DNA of 63,962 nt, counting the filler, from Choristocarpus tenellus KU-1152 (Eukaryota > Protista > Phaeophyceae): the NCBI GenBank assembly GCA_964200185.2. It is 9 parts of 9 records of this genome, joined end to end, with 100 filler letters (N's around TTAATTAATTAA, not from the genome) between each part and the next. Parts side by side here need not be neighbours in the genome. Positions count along the whole stretch, not along the records: positions 12,307 to 14,976 come from CAXNAD020025790.1; positions 15,077 to 30,854 come from CAXNAD020000930.1; 7 more parts are not named here. One strand, given 5' to 3'. The notes below the pieces were generated by a model that did not search any database, was not told the DNA's origin, and saw nothing but the letters and a program-made list of their open reading frames with translations. The translations under genes and the position numbers were made by a program. How positions within the stretch are numbered: position 1 is the stretch's first letter; every line of letters begins with the position of its first letter. Shown here piece after piece: positions 13,100-25,500 of this stretch.

Positions 13100-13680
13100 T
13101 ACTTTAAACACCCTTGTACTTTGCAGGTTGCATCTCGTCGAGTATCGATTCCTGGCAAAATGGATGATGATTCAGTTTCACACATCACAGTTGATACCGC
13201 AACTGACATACCGGTCATTAGCTATCGTCACATGAAAGCTCATATCCCACCCTTTCTCCTGCTCACATCAGTCCTATACGAGATGGTGCCTTACATTTAA
13301 AAGGGGCTGGGGGAAGACCTTTGCAAGTACATGGCTTCATTCAATTCCAACTAGACCTTGGGAAATATAACACTACCTGTTCAAGCAGTTGTTCTACCCT
13401 CTTTCGGTGTTGACAAAATACGTTTTGGACAACAGTATCATGACTTTTGGGCCGAAGTTGGATTGGGATATAGAAGAAATAACATTTTATGAGAGCGCAG
13501 TTCGCATTCCAGCCACTCATAAACGTTCTCCTATTGTTAATCCATCAACCGTCGGTCAAAATACTGTTGAAACCTTTTCAACAGATATGACAGTAGCTAC
13601 AGTTTCGACAGAGTTCACCCCACGACTGATTGAACCCTGCCTCATGACGCTTCTATCATATTTCTATTTATAGTGCAAAG
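13100..13680 (+). pseudogene. Ty3/gypsy aspartic protease region relic
   Basis: ITVDTATDIPVIS active-site-like motif; LDNSIMTFGPKLDWD...SAVRIPATHK matches the gypsy copies at ~39.0-39.15 kb and ~47.45 kb. Confidence 0.65.
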
Positions 13681-14428
13681 GGGACCGACCTGGAGGTTTC
13701 CAAATCGCACGATGATCGTGGATTCTTCTCTTCGTTCCATATTACGTACTACTACTTAGTATGACATTATGTGGTGTCTACAACTAGAAGCTCCTCCTAT
13801 CTTCCACATTATTGGTTCGATCCTCGATCGGGCATTCTTCTATCTTATTGTCAAACTGTGGGGAATTGGTGGGGTGTTGCCCTCCCTTGACATGGAGGAA
13901 GAGGAAGGTATCGTATTCAGCGATGGAGGGTACATGTAGCTGCGGCGTTTGTCGCTCGCCCTAAATCGCACAAATGCAACCAGCACAATCTCCTCAATTT
14001 TTGACATGATATGATAAATCCCACCCAGTGGGGTGGGGTGTGTAACCCTTATAGGGCAAGCCATGCTTAGATAAGGCATGTCGGACAAAAAGCCACGCCA
14101 TTTTGGCTTGGGCACAAATACTACTTGTAATATCATTCTCGTCGATTTCGTGCCATGAAATGACGAGAAGAGTGACGCTGCATGGGCAGACCGGCAGTGT
14201 TGACACAAGTAGGCGATAAGGGAGGGCCCAGAGAAAGTGAGCTGCACTTGCAATAAAATAACCCCTGAGTCGCGTCTATACCAGTGTTGACAAGACAGGA
14301 CTGTTTCTTTGAGTTGTTGCCTTGCAAGGCAGATGGTTCTCTTGAGAAAAAACAGGAAAACAGTGAGGGGTGTCAATAAGGGTATGAAGCAAGAGAGGGA
14401 TCGTCTCACAGCCTACATGTACACGAAT

Positions 14429-14692
14429 GAGCGAAAGTATCTTGAAGGGTATGAGTTTTGCCCTGTTTGTCCGTTTGGGGTTTGGCTTCCTATCGGGTTT
14501 TTTTATGACATTTTCCTACTCCAAGATGTTTTGTTGGAGTAGATAAAATGTGCACGTCATGAAAATGTGTCCCTGGAACATGGATGTGGACACTTTTTTT
14601 ATCAAGATGATCGCCAAAACTACTATCAAACTTGCAACAAAGGAGTTTGATCGCAAATGGACGCAACTCTACACTCTAAGATACTTTGCTTC
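14429..14692 (-). mobile_element. MITE family A, complete
   Basis: GAGCGAAAGTATCTT...AAGATACTTTGCTTC; TSD aat/aat. Confidence 0.85.
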
Positions 14693-15603
14693 AATGCTGC
14701 TACCTAGCCCCAACCCTCTGGTTAGTGGCACTACATCCTGCACTACTGCTTATTGAGCATCTACCAAACTATCTCTGTTGCACAGAGACTAATTGCACTG
14801 CCCCATTTTGTGCTGCCCCATGCATTGGTTTCAGCCACCCCATCATTTACCGCTCTACCTCCTCCCCCAAATCTTGTGTGCGCTGTACTCTCCCGCCGGC
14901 CGCCATGAAACCTTGTCGCCACCATTTAGGTTTTTCGCATTTTCTTCTTTTGGCGTGTTTTAGCGGCAGACAGGGGNNNNNNNNNNNNNNNNNNNNNNNN
15001 NNNNNNNNNNNNNNNNNNNNTTAATTAATTAANNNNNNNNNNNNNNNNNNNNNNNNNNNNNNNNNNNNNNNNNNNNGTCTAACCCTGGCAGGACAATTCG
15101 TGGTGTTCGCCATTGTCCTCCTCCCCCCCCCCCCCATGCCCCATGTACACCATCCTACATGCCCAAACTAAGTATGTACTGGTACTTAGAAGTACTTTCT
15201 ACACATCCAGTTTATCTGGTCTGTATGGATCTTCACTGAAATCACGACCCTGATGGTTCCGACAGTGGATATGAAAATGTACTGACCCACATATCTCTAA
15301 GTAACGTTCTCTACTCATTACGTTACTCAGGGGAGAAAAATATCAGTCAGGAGCTATTGCTAGGTGCAAAGCAGTGGATAGATCCCTGTTGCTATTATCA
15401 TGCTTCCCCCCTCACTTTGTACCTCTGTCTGAAGTGTATAGTTATCTCCTTCCCCTCCTATCTCTCTCTGTGGCTGTACTTTTTTGCATTTTTGTCCGGA
15501 ATGGTTCTATTGTTGAAAAGTGAAGATGACGCGCAGATTTCCAACATGCAATAAAGGATATAACAACCACATTACACACCTACCCAGCTATTCAGCTACC
15601 CAT

Positions 15604-15863
15604 GAGCCAAAGTAAAGGAGAGGTACCCAGTTCTTGGCCGTTTTGCACTTTTAGCCACTCTTTGATCTTCTGCAATTCACCCACATATTTCTATGCTTGA
15701 AGTACAAATATTGATTCAAGAGCGTTAATTTCTCTAAGTGTTTGATAATTCTCGACAGAATTCAGATAATTCCCTACACGAAATTGGACAAAATGCCGAA
15801 ATTTGCACATACTTGCCAGTATCCTTAAAATGCAACCCTGGTACCTCTTGAATACTTTGTTTC
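15604..15863. mobile_element. MITE family C (~260 bp)
   Basis: GAGCCAAAGTA...TACTTTGTTTC; 4-bp TSD ccat/ccat; homologous to 19473-19734. Confidence 0.75.
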
Positions 15864-17136
15864 CCATGGCAATTTTTTCAGGCGTAACTATGCTCATGTG
15901 TCGGAAAGGACAAAGGAGCAGCGGTCCATCCCACCCCAAAATTGCAGTGCCTGTACGATGTATAACCTCCACTCCGCTATGCTTTGCAAGAATGACTAAA
16001 AGCATACCATGGGTGCATTGATGTATGACCTCGTCCTCTAGATGTCCGATTATTTTTTGTTTGTTTGGAGAAATGTACTGAGTGCTCCAGAGTAATAAAT
16101 TGATAGTATATGTGTATGCTAGTGAAAAGCTTTGGGTGTCTCGGAACAAAGGCGAAGAAATTTCTAGAAAAAGAGCTGGTGACTCACATGACGATTGGTT
16201 AGGGGGTTAGGGGGGCTACAGAGGGAAATGAGCGGTAATGACATGCCTGTGATGGACTGTGTTTGTAATGGCATGAGTGTCAGTTTCAAGGCACTTTTAC
16301 AGTTTTCCAGTTGAACACAATGGACCAGTGAGTGAGGCACACCCTGACCGAATCATGGAATTCTTCTCTTGTTTATAGACTTTTTTTTTATCATAGTGCC
16401 AGTCTAGGTAGGAGTACTTTGAGCTGTGTTTGTTCTCATGTTTTCCTTGACTATTTTCAGACAGTCTATGTAAAATTGCAATTATACAGTAATCAAGCTT
16501 GGACAGAGTTTATTGTTTTCCAATCTACTACGCCTTCTCTTGTTGGTGCGTTTTTAGGTCTTTATTGTAAGCAATACAGACTCTCTTTTGGGGTTTGTTA
16601 GTGTCCTCTGCCTGTTATGTTGCTTTTTGATCCCCCCATTAAAACATATTCAAAACGTTGGTGGGATTGAATAGCACATGCTAACATAAGTAGATACTAA
16701 CAGCATACGAAGCTTGTGCACGTGGCTGCACTGGAAACAAAATTGAATGCGATGGGAGTGATCATAGTTGATATAGTGAATATACATGTATATCATTGCC
16801 GAAGTAATGCTTGGCTAGATCAAGTGTTAGGCATACAATCGATTTATGATGACTTTTCCTCGCTGATCTAGAGCTCAGTATTCAGAGTACCTAATGCATG
16901 CAAAACCTAAGGTAGAGGACTACTATGATGCCATATCATTGTGACAGATACTTTATATTTGAAGAGACGAAGTAGTGAAAATGGTGAGGGTAGAAACACA
17001 TCTCAACAGAGAATAATCCAACCCCCCCCAAAAGAAAAACAAAATTACAGACACAGACACACCCAGAGCACTTTCTCTTGTGGCGAGGTCAGACATTAAG
17101 GAAGTGTGTTGCCACAGCACTAGAATTTTATATCAC

Positions 17137-17391
17137 CTGTCAAATGGCACCGTGGAAAGCACATCAACAGCAAGCCATGTGCGCATGTATTTCATAGCTA
17201 TGAGCTGAGGCACAGTGACGATGACACCGTAGGGGGTGGTATATGCCAGGCGGAAGCTGAATAGGATGTCAACAAAGAAAGTCAGGTCAGTTATTGTGTC
17301 CAGCCCCAGCCACACCCCTGTCGCCATAGTGTCAAAGCCGATGCGAAAGGGGACTAAGATGACACTGATAGCTATTAGCCCAGACGTGTAC
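17137..17391 (-). CDS. K+ channel exon: S1-S3 of module 2
   Basis: YTSGLIAISVILVPFRIGFD...DLTFFVDILFSFRLAY...IAMKYMRTWLAVDVLSTVPFD. Confidence 0.93.
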
Positions 17392-17410
17392 CTTGCACAC
17401 CAGCGGAATC

Positions 17411-17447
<37 letters not shown>

Positions 17448-20400
17448 TGAGAAGCGACATTGTTAGAGGTCGAGGAAGGAGTGGTCAGGTTGGGTCGTGG
17501 ACAGTGAGCACCTGCTCACACTCTTTTTTCAGAAGCAACGCGTTGCTCAATTAGTTTGAGCTCGCTTGGTGGTGTACTCAAGTATATACACAGCACTGGA
17601 ACTCCTATCTCCATTGAAAATCCATTGATGTGGACATAGGAGGACTATCAGTCAACAAATGACACGATCTTGTTCTTATCTTTCTGTCCCCTCACATTGT
17701 CCACTGTGTGGAATGCTTCGTACCTCTAGTGCTTGGGATCATTTTGTCATTGGTCTTAAAGTACCAAGCAAGCATAACATAAACTTACATATCCCATTTC
17801 TGCTTCCATGGTGCGTTGGGCAAAATGATCCATCTCTTGTGAATGGCTTCAGCTGTTTCGACGGTCTCCTCCTTCAGCAGGTCAGGATTAGGACAGCAAT
17901 GAGGGGTGCAAACCATGAGGGTGGTATTTTTCTGGCCTTGAGATGATCTGAGTAATTTATTTTCAGGTCCTGCGAGAGAGAGAGAGAGAGGTTAATCTTT
18001 TCGATGCTTGGAACCAGGCCTACTGGGCCTCGGGGTCCAGTATACCGGGATATGTTTGGGCCCTGACTGCAAATGATAATTGTGGAAATATCCTACATTG
18101 GGACTTTGATCTGTACCGGTAGTATTTTATTGTTGTTGTTAGGAGATTGCATCATAGACCACGAAGTCATTCCTAGCCTCCTTAAGTACAATGAACAGAT
18201 CTTGACCATCTTCTTCCTGACACCAGAGCTCTAACTACCTTCTCCTCTTACTCCTTCTCACTACACATATCCTCACCACTAGGTATGAGATTTTCTTTTT
18301 CTTTTTCTCTTTGTCAGTCTTTTTCTTGGCCAGAGGCTTCACAAGCATTTGCATCCTAGTCTCTTTTAAGCTGGTCCTTCTCGCCATGGTTGGTACGGTG
18401 GCACCTGTCAACGGTAGCCCACCCTCCACATGAATCTGTAGGTCGTTCTTCTTTTGAAAAGTCGCATAGCGGAAGAAAAGTTGGGAGTTAGCATGGGTGC
18501 TTAGGTCAGGACCGCTGTGAAGATGAATGCCATACTTTCAGAACACTTAAGGATGCATATTCAGGACTTGTGACCTAGAAACTGTGGGGCTCTAGAGCGT
18601 GCCAAGTTGCTGTAAGCTGATCGAATGGGGAGCACAAAAAAAGTATGATGATGGGTAAATATATCCCTTCATTTTCTAGATACGTTTTTGGTAACTACTT
18701 GTCTACCAGATTGCTCTGAATGTCCTTTTACTCCACTTTGTTTATCGTTTCATTGGCTGATGAAATTGTAGATGGAGAAGTAAGGTCTTCACTGGGAGAT
18801 CAGTGCTGTTTACAAACTGATCTGTTTGCAATTTGAGGTTGATTGGAAGCTATACCAATTTCAGTGAAGACTAGTAAAATTACTATTGAGTGATACTGCT
18901 TGGAAGCAGTATTTATGGAAAGCATACTAACAATACAATAACATGATAAGAGAGACCGGCAGCCGAGCAGGGGACTTTTCATGAACATTCTAACCCATCA
19001 TCTTGGACTAACTTAGGGCTTTTTTTCAGCTCTGATCAACACTTATTTTAACATGTTCTGTACTGCATTCATGCTATTTGTATCCTCATGTTGTGAATCG
19101 TCTCTTGGCATCTACCAACGTTCGAGGTCAGGTGATTATGGTACTTGAACAACCTCTTATGTGTTGGAATTCTTTGCATGACAAATGATTGGAATATAAT
19201 GTGGAGAATGAGCGACCTATTAATTTTTGGCAGGTTATTACAGCATCACTTCTGTTGTATGAATACTATCCTGTTCATTTAGCGATTGGTGTAACATTTT
19301 GTTTCAAGTAGTGGTACTCTGGTGGCAGTGGTAGTGTTAGCCATTTTCTATTTACTGGAGAAGTGTTTATGGGCTGGAATTGATGTTGTAATGAAACGAG
19401 AAGCATTTTCTTTGAAGTATTGATCAGAGGGATCGGTAATGAGATTGATCTCCATACTTATCTACATATTCCGAGCCAAAGTAGGTGGGAGGCAACCAGA
19501 TTTTGACTATTTTTCATTTTAAGTCACTTTTTCATCGTTCGTGATTCACGCTTTTTGTTTGATCTTATCTATCGACGAAGTACTCAGATTGACTTGAGAG
19601 GGTTGACTTATCTTTTCTTTTTTTTAATGTTCAACAGAATTCAGAAAAATCATTGAGCGCATTTGTACAATGAGGCGAATTATTTAGCACAATTGTCAGC
19701 ACCCTTAAAATGCAGCCCTCATCAACTTTGGCTCTCTACTTTGTAAATTTAGAACCTGGTACGGTACATATGAATGCCATGGCCGCTCCCCTCATTGCCA
19801 GCTGAAAAACAATGCTGAAGAAAGCCATTCACACAGCATTTTTATTCTAGAAAGTACTCTCAAATTGGGCAATATTAGATATTTTCACCACCATTTTCCA
19901 CCCACCCACCCCTAGCGCCCCTTGCATAAAAAGCAATTTATTGAACTGCTATATTGATACAACAAATGCTCAACTGCCAACCAGTAAGTACTTTTTGTGT
20001 GTGTGTGTCTGCCTGTTGTGGCTGCGATTTTGATGAGAAATTTTATGACATTTTGCATGTTGGAGTGGTGGGAGACGGAGAGGAGCACATTGACAGTTGT
20101 AAGGTAAGAGGAAGGCAAGTGCAGAAAATAAATTTGAGGGGTTTTATATCCTCACTCAGATACAGATTTGAGAATTGCCAAATGGCTCGCCATGAAGGTA
20201 TTTTTGCTGCCCCTGATGCATTTCTAACATTGAATTTCAGACTGGTCAGCCAATAATACTTATCTGACTTAGTAGAGATACAGAGAAAAGAAGTGCAAGT
20301 AAATCCAAGGAAGGAAGAAGTGCAACTCACCACATCTATATTTTCGATAGGGCGCAAGGTCTTGAGCAGAGTTTCCCCTTCTGTGGTTGGCAGTACCGTC

Positions 20401-22479
20401 TTTCTATTATCTAGGTTGGGACTTGCACCCTCACCTTCCTTTCCCGCCCCAGCCCCAACCCCCCAACCCTCTGCTAGCATAGCTGCAGCATTTTCTGCAG
20501 GCACCAAAACCCAGTTGACCAGAACCTTTGGAAAAGACAGTAATGCGATATCTTTTCCAGATAAGGAGATTGTTTTGAAAGTAGCAGAGGTAATATATGG
20601 CGGTGATTGGATTGGTAGGTTGGGCTGAGGGGGAAAGAGGACTTGAAGGCGCTGGATATACCCTTATGCTCGACATATTTAAGAAGAAATCGTTGATAAC
20701 TCTGTTCTCATCTCCAGCGGCGACGCAGCCACTTAGCTGTCAGTACAGCTCATGAGAGCATAGTGCCTTGGGCCTGGACTTCGAGATATCAAGCCCAAAC
20801 TCCTTCTCATCTTGCTGATATCTACACCAATCACTAGTTCTTATTTTTTTCTATTGTCCTATGATGAACCCAAACCTCCATCTGTTCGTATGGAGTCCAT
20901 AGGAGTGCAGAACATGGGGGAAAAATAAATGTCCTGAACTAAGGCTATTTCACATAATGTGGCAGTCCCAGGTCTGAAGAAATGATGAAGCCTAACATAA
21001 AAGGCACGTTGATAATTTGGACGACATACCTCTCATAGAGATACTTACCTTGCTAAGCTGCCTTGATCTCCCCCAAAGCACAGATTTGTACTCTCTTACA
21101 CAGCCTACGAATGAATCATCTACCCCGTCCCCCATGAGATCCTAAAATAAATTTCTGCTGTCACTGTGTAATTTTTGAGTCTCATTTTCTATTCACGAAG
21201 ACATGAAAATACTCCCTTCAGTTACTTAGAGTTCTATAGGAAGCTGATGGCGATCCGTTTTTCTCTGTGCAAATACGTGGGGGCACACACACACACAATC
21301 ATGTATCCGTTCATATCAACCACAAGAAAATGGAATGTTCCAGGACATTGCACAAAAGCAAAATATTAGACCAACAACCTTACACTAGATTCTCCCATAG
21401 GTTGATTTAAAAGGCATACCCCTTTCTACCAACACCCAATAATAATGGCAGGCGCAAACCCATTGCTACCTTTTCTTGAAATGTGTCAGTGCCCACAACT
21501 GTCTGGGTTGTCGCTAAGCACTCTTCTAGCATTGCCTGCTCTTTCATCACCTGCCCGGATAACAGGAGACAGAGCCATGTTGAAGTAAGGGGGGTGCTTA
21601 TCATCAGGAAATCTCCCAATCAACACCAACATGATATCCAGCGATGTTAACCTTTGCTCCGGCTGTAGTTCTTACACTTCCGAGACATGAAATCCCGCAG
21701 TAACACTTCTGCCTGAAAGGGAGATTGTAAGAAAACTATTTGATGCGTGTTGAATAAACTCAGGATAGAGAAACGAAAAAGCAAACAAACAAACACAGAC
21801 ACACGCATACACAATTGTTTTGACAATTAAACCCATCTGTTCCGCTTTCATCAACAATAAACTCATTGGTCACGTCAAGTATCAAATAATACTTATCCCT
21901 CCCCTGTTCTCTGTTCATTGTCGGATACCTACTTCTCACCCTTGCTCAATGCATTCATCTTAACTCACACCCACACTCTCATGTCTCCATCCTACCAACT
22001 GATGCTGTTGATACAAGTACACATCGCCCTTATTTAGTACACAGGGTACTTGCCTTGTCCATGATGACAGTTTGAGAAGACTTGTATTCTGTTGTAATGG
22101 TGCTAAGGTCCTCTCTATCCAGCCACATGAGCTCGGATTGCACCACTGAGTGATGGGGTTGCAATGGGTAATATTGGATAACAATGGTTTGGGGCTAGGA
22201 AGGTCTGAAGGCGCATCATAGAGGTAAAAACGATAATTTGAAAAAGGTTTAAAGATGAGATGATATGTGAGGTCGGAGGGATTGTTGTGAGATAAGACCA
22301 AAGAGAGACAGATCTATTGATACGGACTGGAGGAGGGAGGTGGGTCCATTAACCCTAAGGGACTGGACAAGGAAAACCTTTCGGATGTGATTTGATCTCC
22401 TCAGTTGTGGTAGACTATTGTTATCCCTCCCTTGCAACGACTTTCTGTATCAAGCCCTCCGCCTGACTGTGCAGAGGAA

Positions 22480-22515
<36 letters not shown>

Positions 22516-25500
22516 TCATTGAGCAAAGATGAACCCAAACATGCTTCAAGTACATGTAGCTTGCTTGCCACACTATTGTCTGGTTATCACCCTATTTTTC
22601 TGCCTCACAAGCTCTGTATGTGAACTGCATTGGGTCATGGAGAACCAGACTCCCCAGCTCAAAGCTTGAACCTCCAGAATGCAGTGCCGCAATCACCTGA
22701 GTGACCGAGTCATATCATTTAAGAGGGTAGGGCCGCGTCCGTTCGGAGTAATAAATCCAATGTTGCGAGTTTGATGAATTTTGGCTATCGTATTTGTTAG
22801 CAAGTGTCAATATCCTTGCTCCGGACACAACTTTCATAGTCCTATACATTTTACCTACTCCGAAATCCGAAATATTCACACAGAAAAACGAAAAAGGGCA
22901 TAAAAAACCCTTGGGAAACCAAGCCCTGAACGGACAAACAGGGCAAAACTCCTACCGTCTTTATTGCTTTGGGTTGAGCCACCATACTCTTGAGTTGATG
23001 TTCAGGTGGCAATACAGGTTGATATTATAGAGTTTTGTGGTTTGATTGCATGCATCCAGGTCAATGCCATGCCACACATAATTTGTATGGAAGTCCCACG
23101 AAATATCAAGTCTACCTCGGTGTCCTGAACAGAATAATTAAATAGCTGAGCACTCGTTCTGCATAGGACTGTTCAGCACTGTTGTGGTTCCCCATTATGT
23201 AGTGCAAGCGTGATTTTCCTGTAACCAGAGTTGAGAGTTTAACTAGGTTCTGCTATGGTTAATTATGGAACAACCTCAGGATTTGAGTCTTGAGCGTTTT
23301 CCATTGCGTTAAATTGTACTAAGCTGGATATCATCTAAAGTATATGGAACAAGCAATGAAGTGCAAGTAAATTTTGAACTGTACACAACCCCCACAGGAC
23401 CACCAAGTTGCCCTTCCTGCCCCCCAGAGTGTTTTGTTTGTGTAAGTCAACGGTTTTACAACTGTTTTCATACTGGAGTATGAGTGAATCAAAATAGGGT
23501 TGGAGGACGGAGGTGGAAGGGGTAGAGTGATCCAAATGAAATCTCACCTGATTCCCCTTCATGACTCTCCTGGCCTCTACTCGTCCCTCCACAACAAAAA
23601 AAGATTCATCTAATACATCTCCTGTCTTTCCCAGGTACTCCTTCATTTTGGGGGGAATGCACCAAAAGAAGGGAAGAGGGCATGTGAGTACTTGGACTAT
23701 TCTGATGCAGGAAACCTAGAAATGAGGCCAACATATTTGTAGAGTGTTGAAGAGGAAATAAGGGTAACGACTGAGATGAGGATAATAGAGGTCAAACAAC
23801 ATGTTGTAAAGAGAAGAGAAGAATCCAAGGCATGTCAAGGATGTAAGTAGGTGTGTTACAGGGGTAGGAACGACCATGCTCTTGAGGTGCTATCAAGCAT
23901 CTACAGCATACTGCGGTGGGAGGTGGCAGGGTTTCCAGAGCATGGGGGCAAGTGTACGAAAGTGAATCGGAGGCAAATAAGGGAAACTTCAAGTCCACAA
24001 TATCACACTGAAGTGATTGTGTGGGAGGGAGAAGGTTTCATGCTCAATGATTTCTCATACTCTTGGAAATAGATGGGGAAGAAACTCAGCTAATTTTTCA
24101 ATTTAGCACCTTTGTGGACTTGTTTTGTATGGGGAGTCAAGGAGTCAAAGTATCTTAGAGGGTAGGGCCGCTTCCATTTGGGGACCAAAATTCAATTTTG
24201 AGATTTTGATGTAATTTTGGCTATGGTGTTTGTTAGGAAGTGTCAGTACCCTTGTTCCGGACACACTTTTTCATAACGTATACATTTTACCTACTCTGAA
24301 ACATTTTGGAGTAAAACATGTCATAAAAAACCCCATGGGAAGCCAAGCCCCAAATGGACAAGCAGGGCAATATTTGTACCCTCTAAGATACTTTCACTCG
24401 CTTGCAAAATATTTATTTCAACCTCCAGCTTGTCTCTAGCAACTCCTTGGCGATTAGTGGTTTAATTCTGAATTTCCCTTACACACACATGCTCAGAGTA
24501 CAAGAACAAGAGGTGTGGAAGTGAACACAGTATCACTTTCACCATCGTGCCCACTTACTTCCATGTTAGGGATTGGGATTTATGTACAAGAATTTTCTTC
24601 ATGACACTTCTGACATCTCCAGGTGAAGGTGAAAATGAACAATGCAAACATACTGCAATTGCCGCCATATCATGTCGCATAGCACATCATAATATATACA
24701 GCCTTCTGGCGCCCTACATATCTCGTGCCTCCTTAAGTGTGAAAACAATATGATAACAATTTAGATACTCTCTTGAGTGGTGAGAATCGTCATCATTGTC
24801 CTCATATAATAGGAAGAATCTACATTCCCACCTGTCTAAGTAAGTCTGCAATCAGAATGTTTGAAGAATGAGAGGCAGGATGCACAATCCCAACCAAGGC
24901 TCAGACAATAATTCAGTGCTATCAATAAATCATGATGCGCTGGGGAGGATTTCTTCCCTCAAATGGAACGCCTGATAACATGAAAGAAGGAGAGTGAACC
25001 CTACATCAACTGGGTTGAAGAGGGTAGCAGGATGAACCGACCCTAATGGTTTAACTGGTGTCGCAATATGGTGGAGATTCATCATTGGTGTGAATTTCGT
25101 CTTTTCGTCTTATGGGCAGGAAAGAAGACCCCACATGTACCCAAGGGAAACTGTCAATCTGTGTGTAACTCCAAAGGTAGAGAGATGGATAGGGCTTGAC
25201 ATACCTGCTACAACTGCAAATATTTTGCACTGTGATTGGCTAGTTGATGTACAAGAAGAAAAATAGTAGAGAATATTAATCTCCCACGTATTTATGCTTT
25301 CAATGGTATGATTTTGAGCATCGAACTCTGCTACCACAACACTTATGATGTTTGACAGAAACGACTTGAATTGGCTTAATCTTCCCCAGAGTCAAATTAG
25401 TTAAGAGGATAGGGCCGCGTCCGTAGGGGGTTATAAATCCAATGTTGCGATTTTGATGAATTTTGGCTATTGTGTTTGTTACCAAGTGTCAACATTCTTG

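Noticed and set aside
21650-22470. Candidate extra channel exons (AEVLLRDFMSRK at ~21712; YKSSQTVIMDK at ~22055-22089; acceptor at ~22466)
   Set aside because: Plausible splice sites but no recognisable homology and phases cannot be resolved; not annotated
24230-24439. Recurrent small ORF LGSVxxxVPDTxFHNVYI (also near 22794, 46475, 57012)
   Set aside because: Incidental translation of the non-coding family A MITE; frame not conserved among copies
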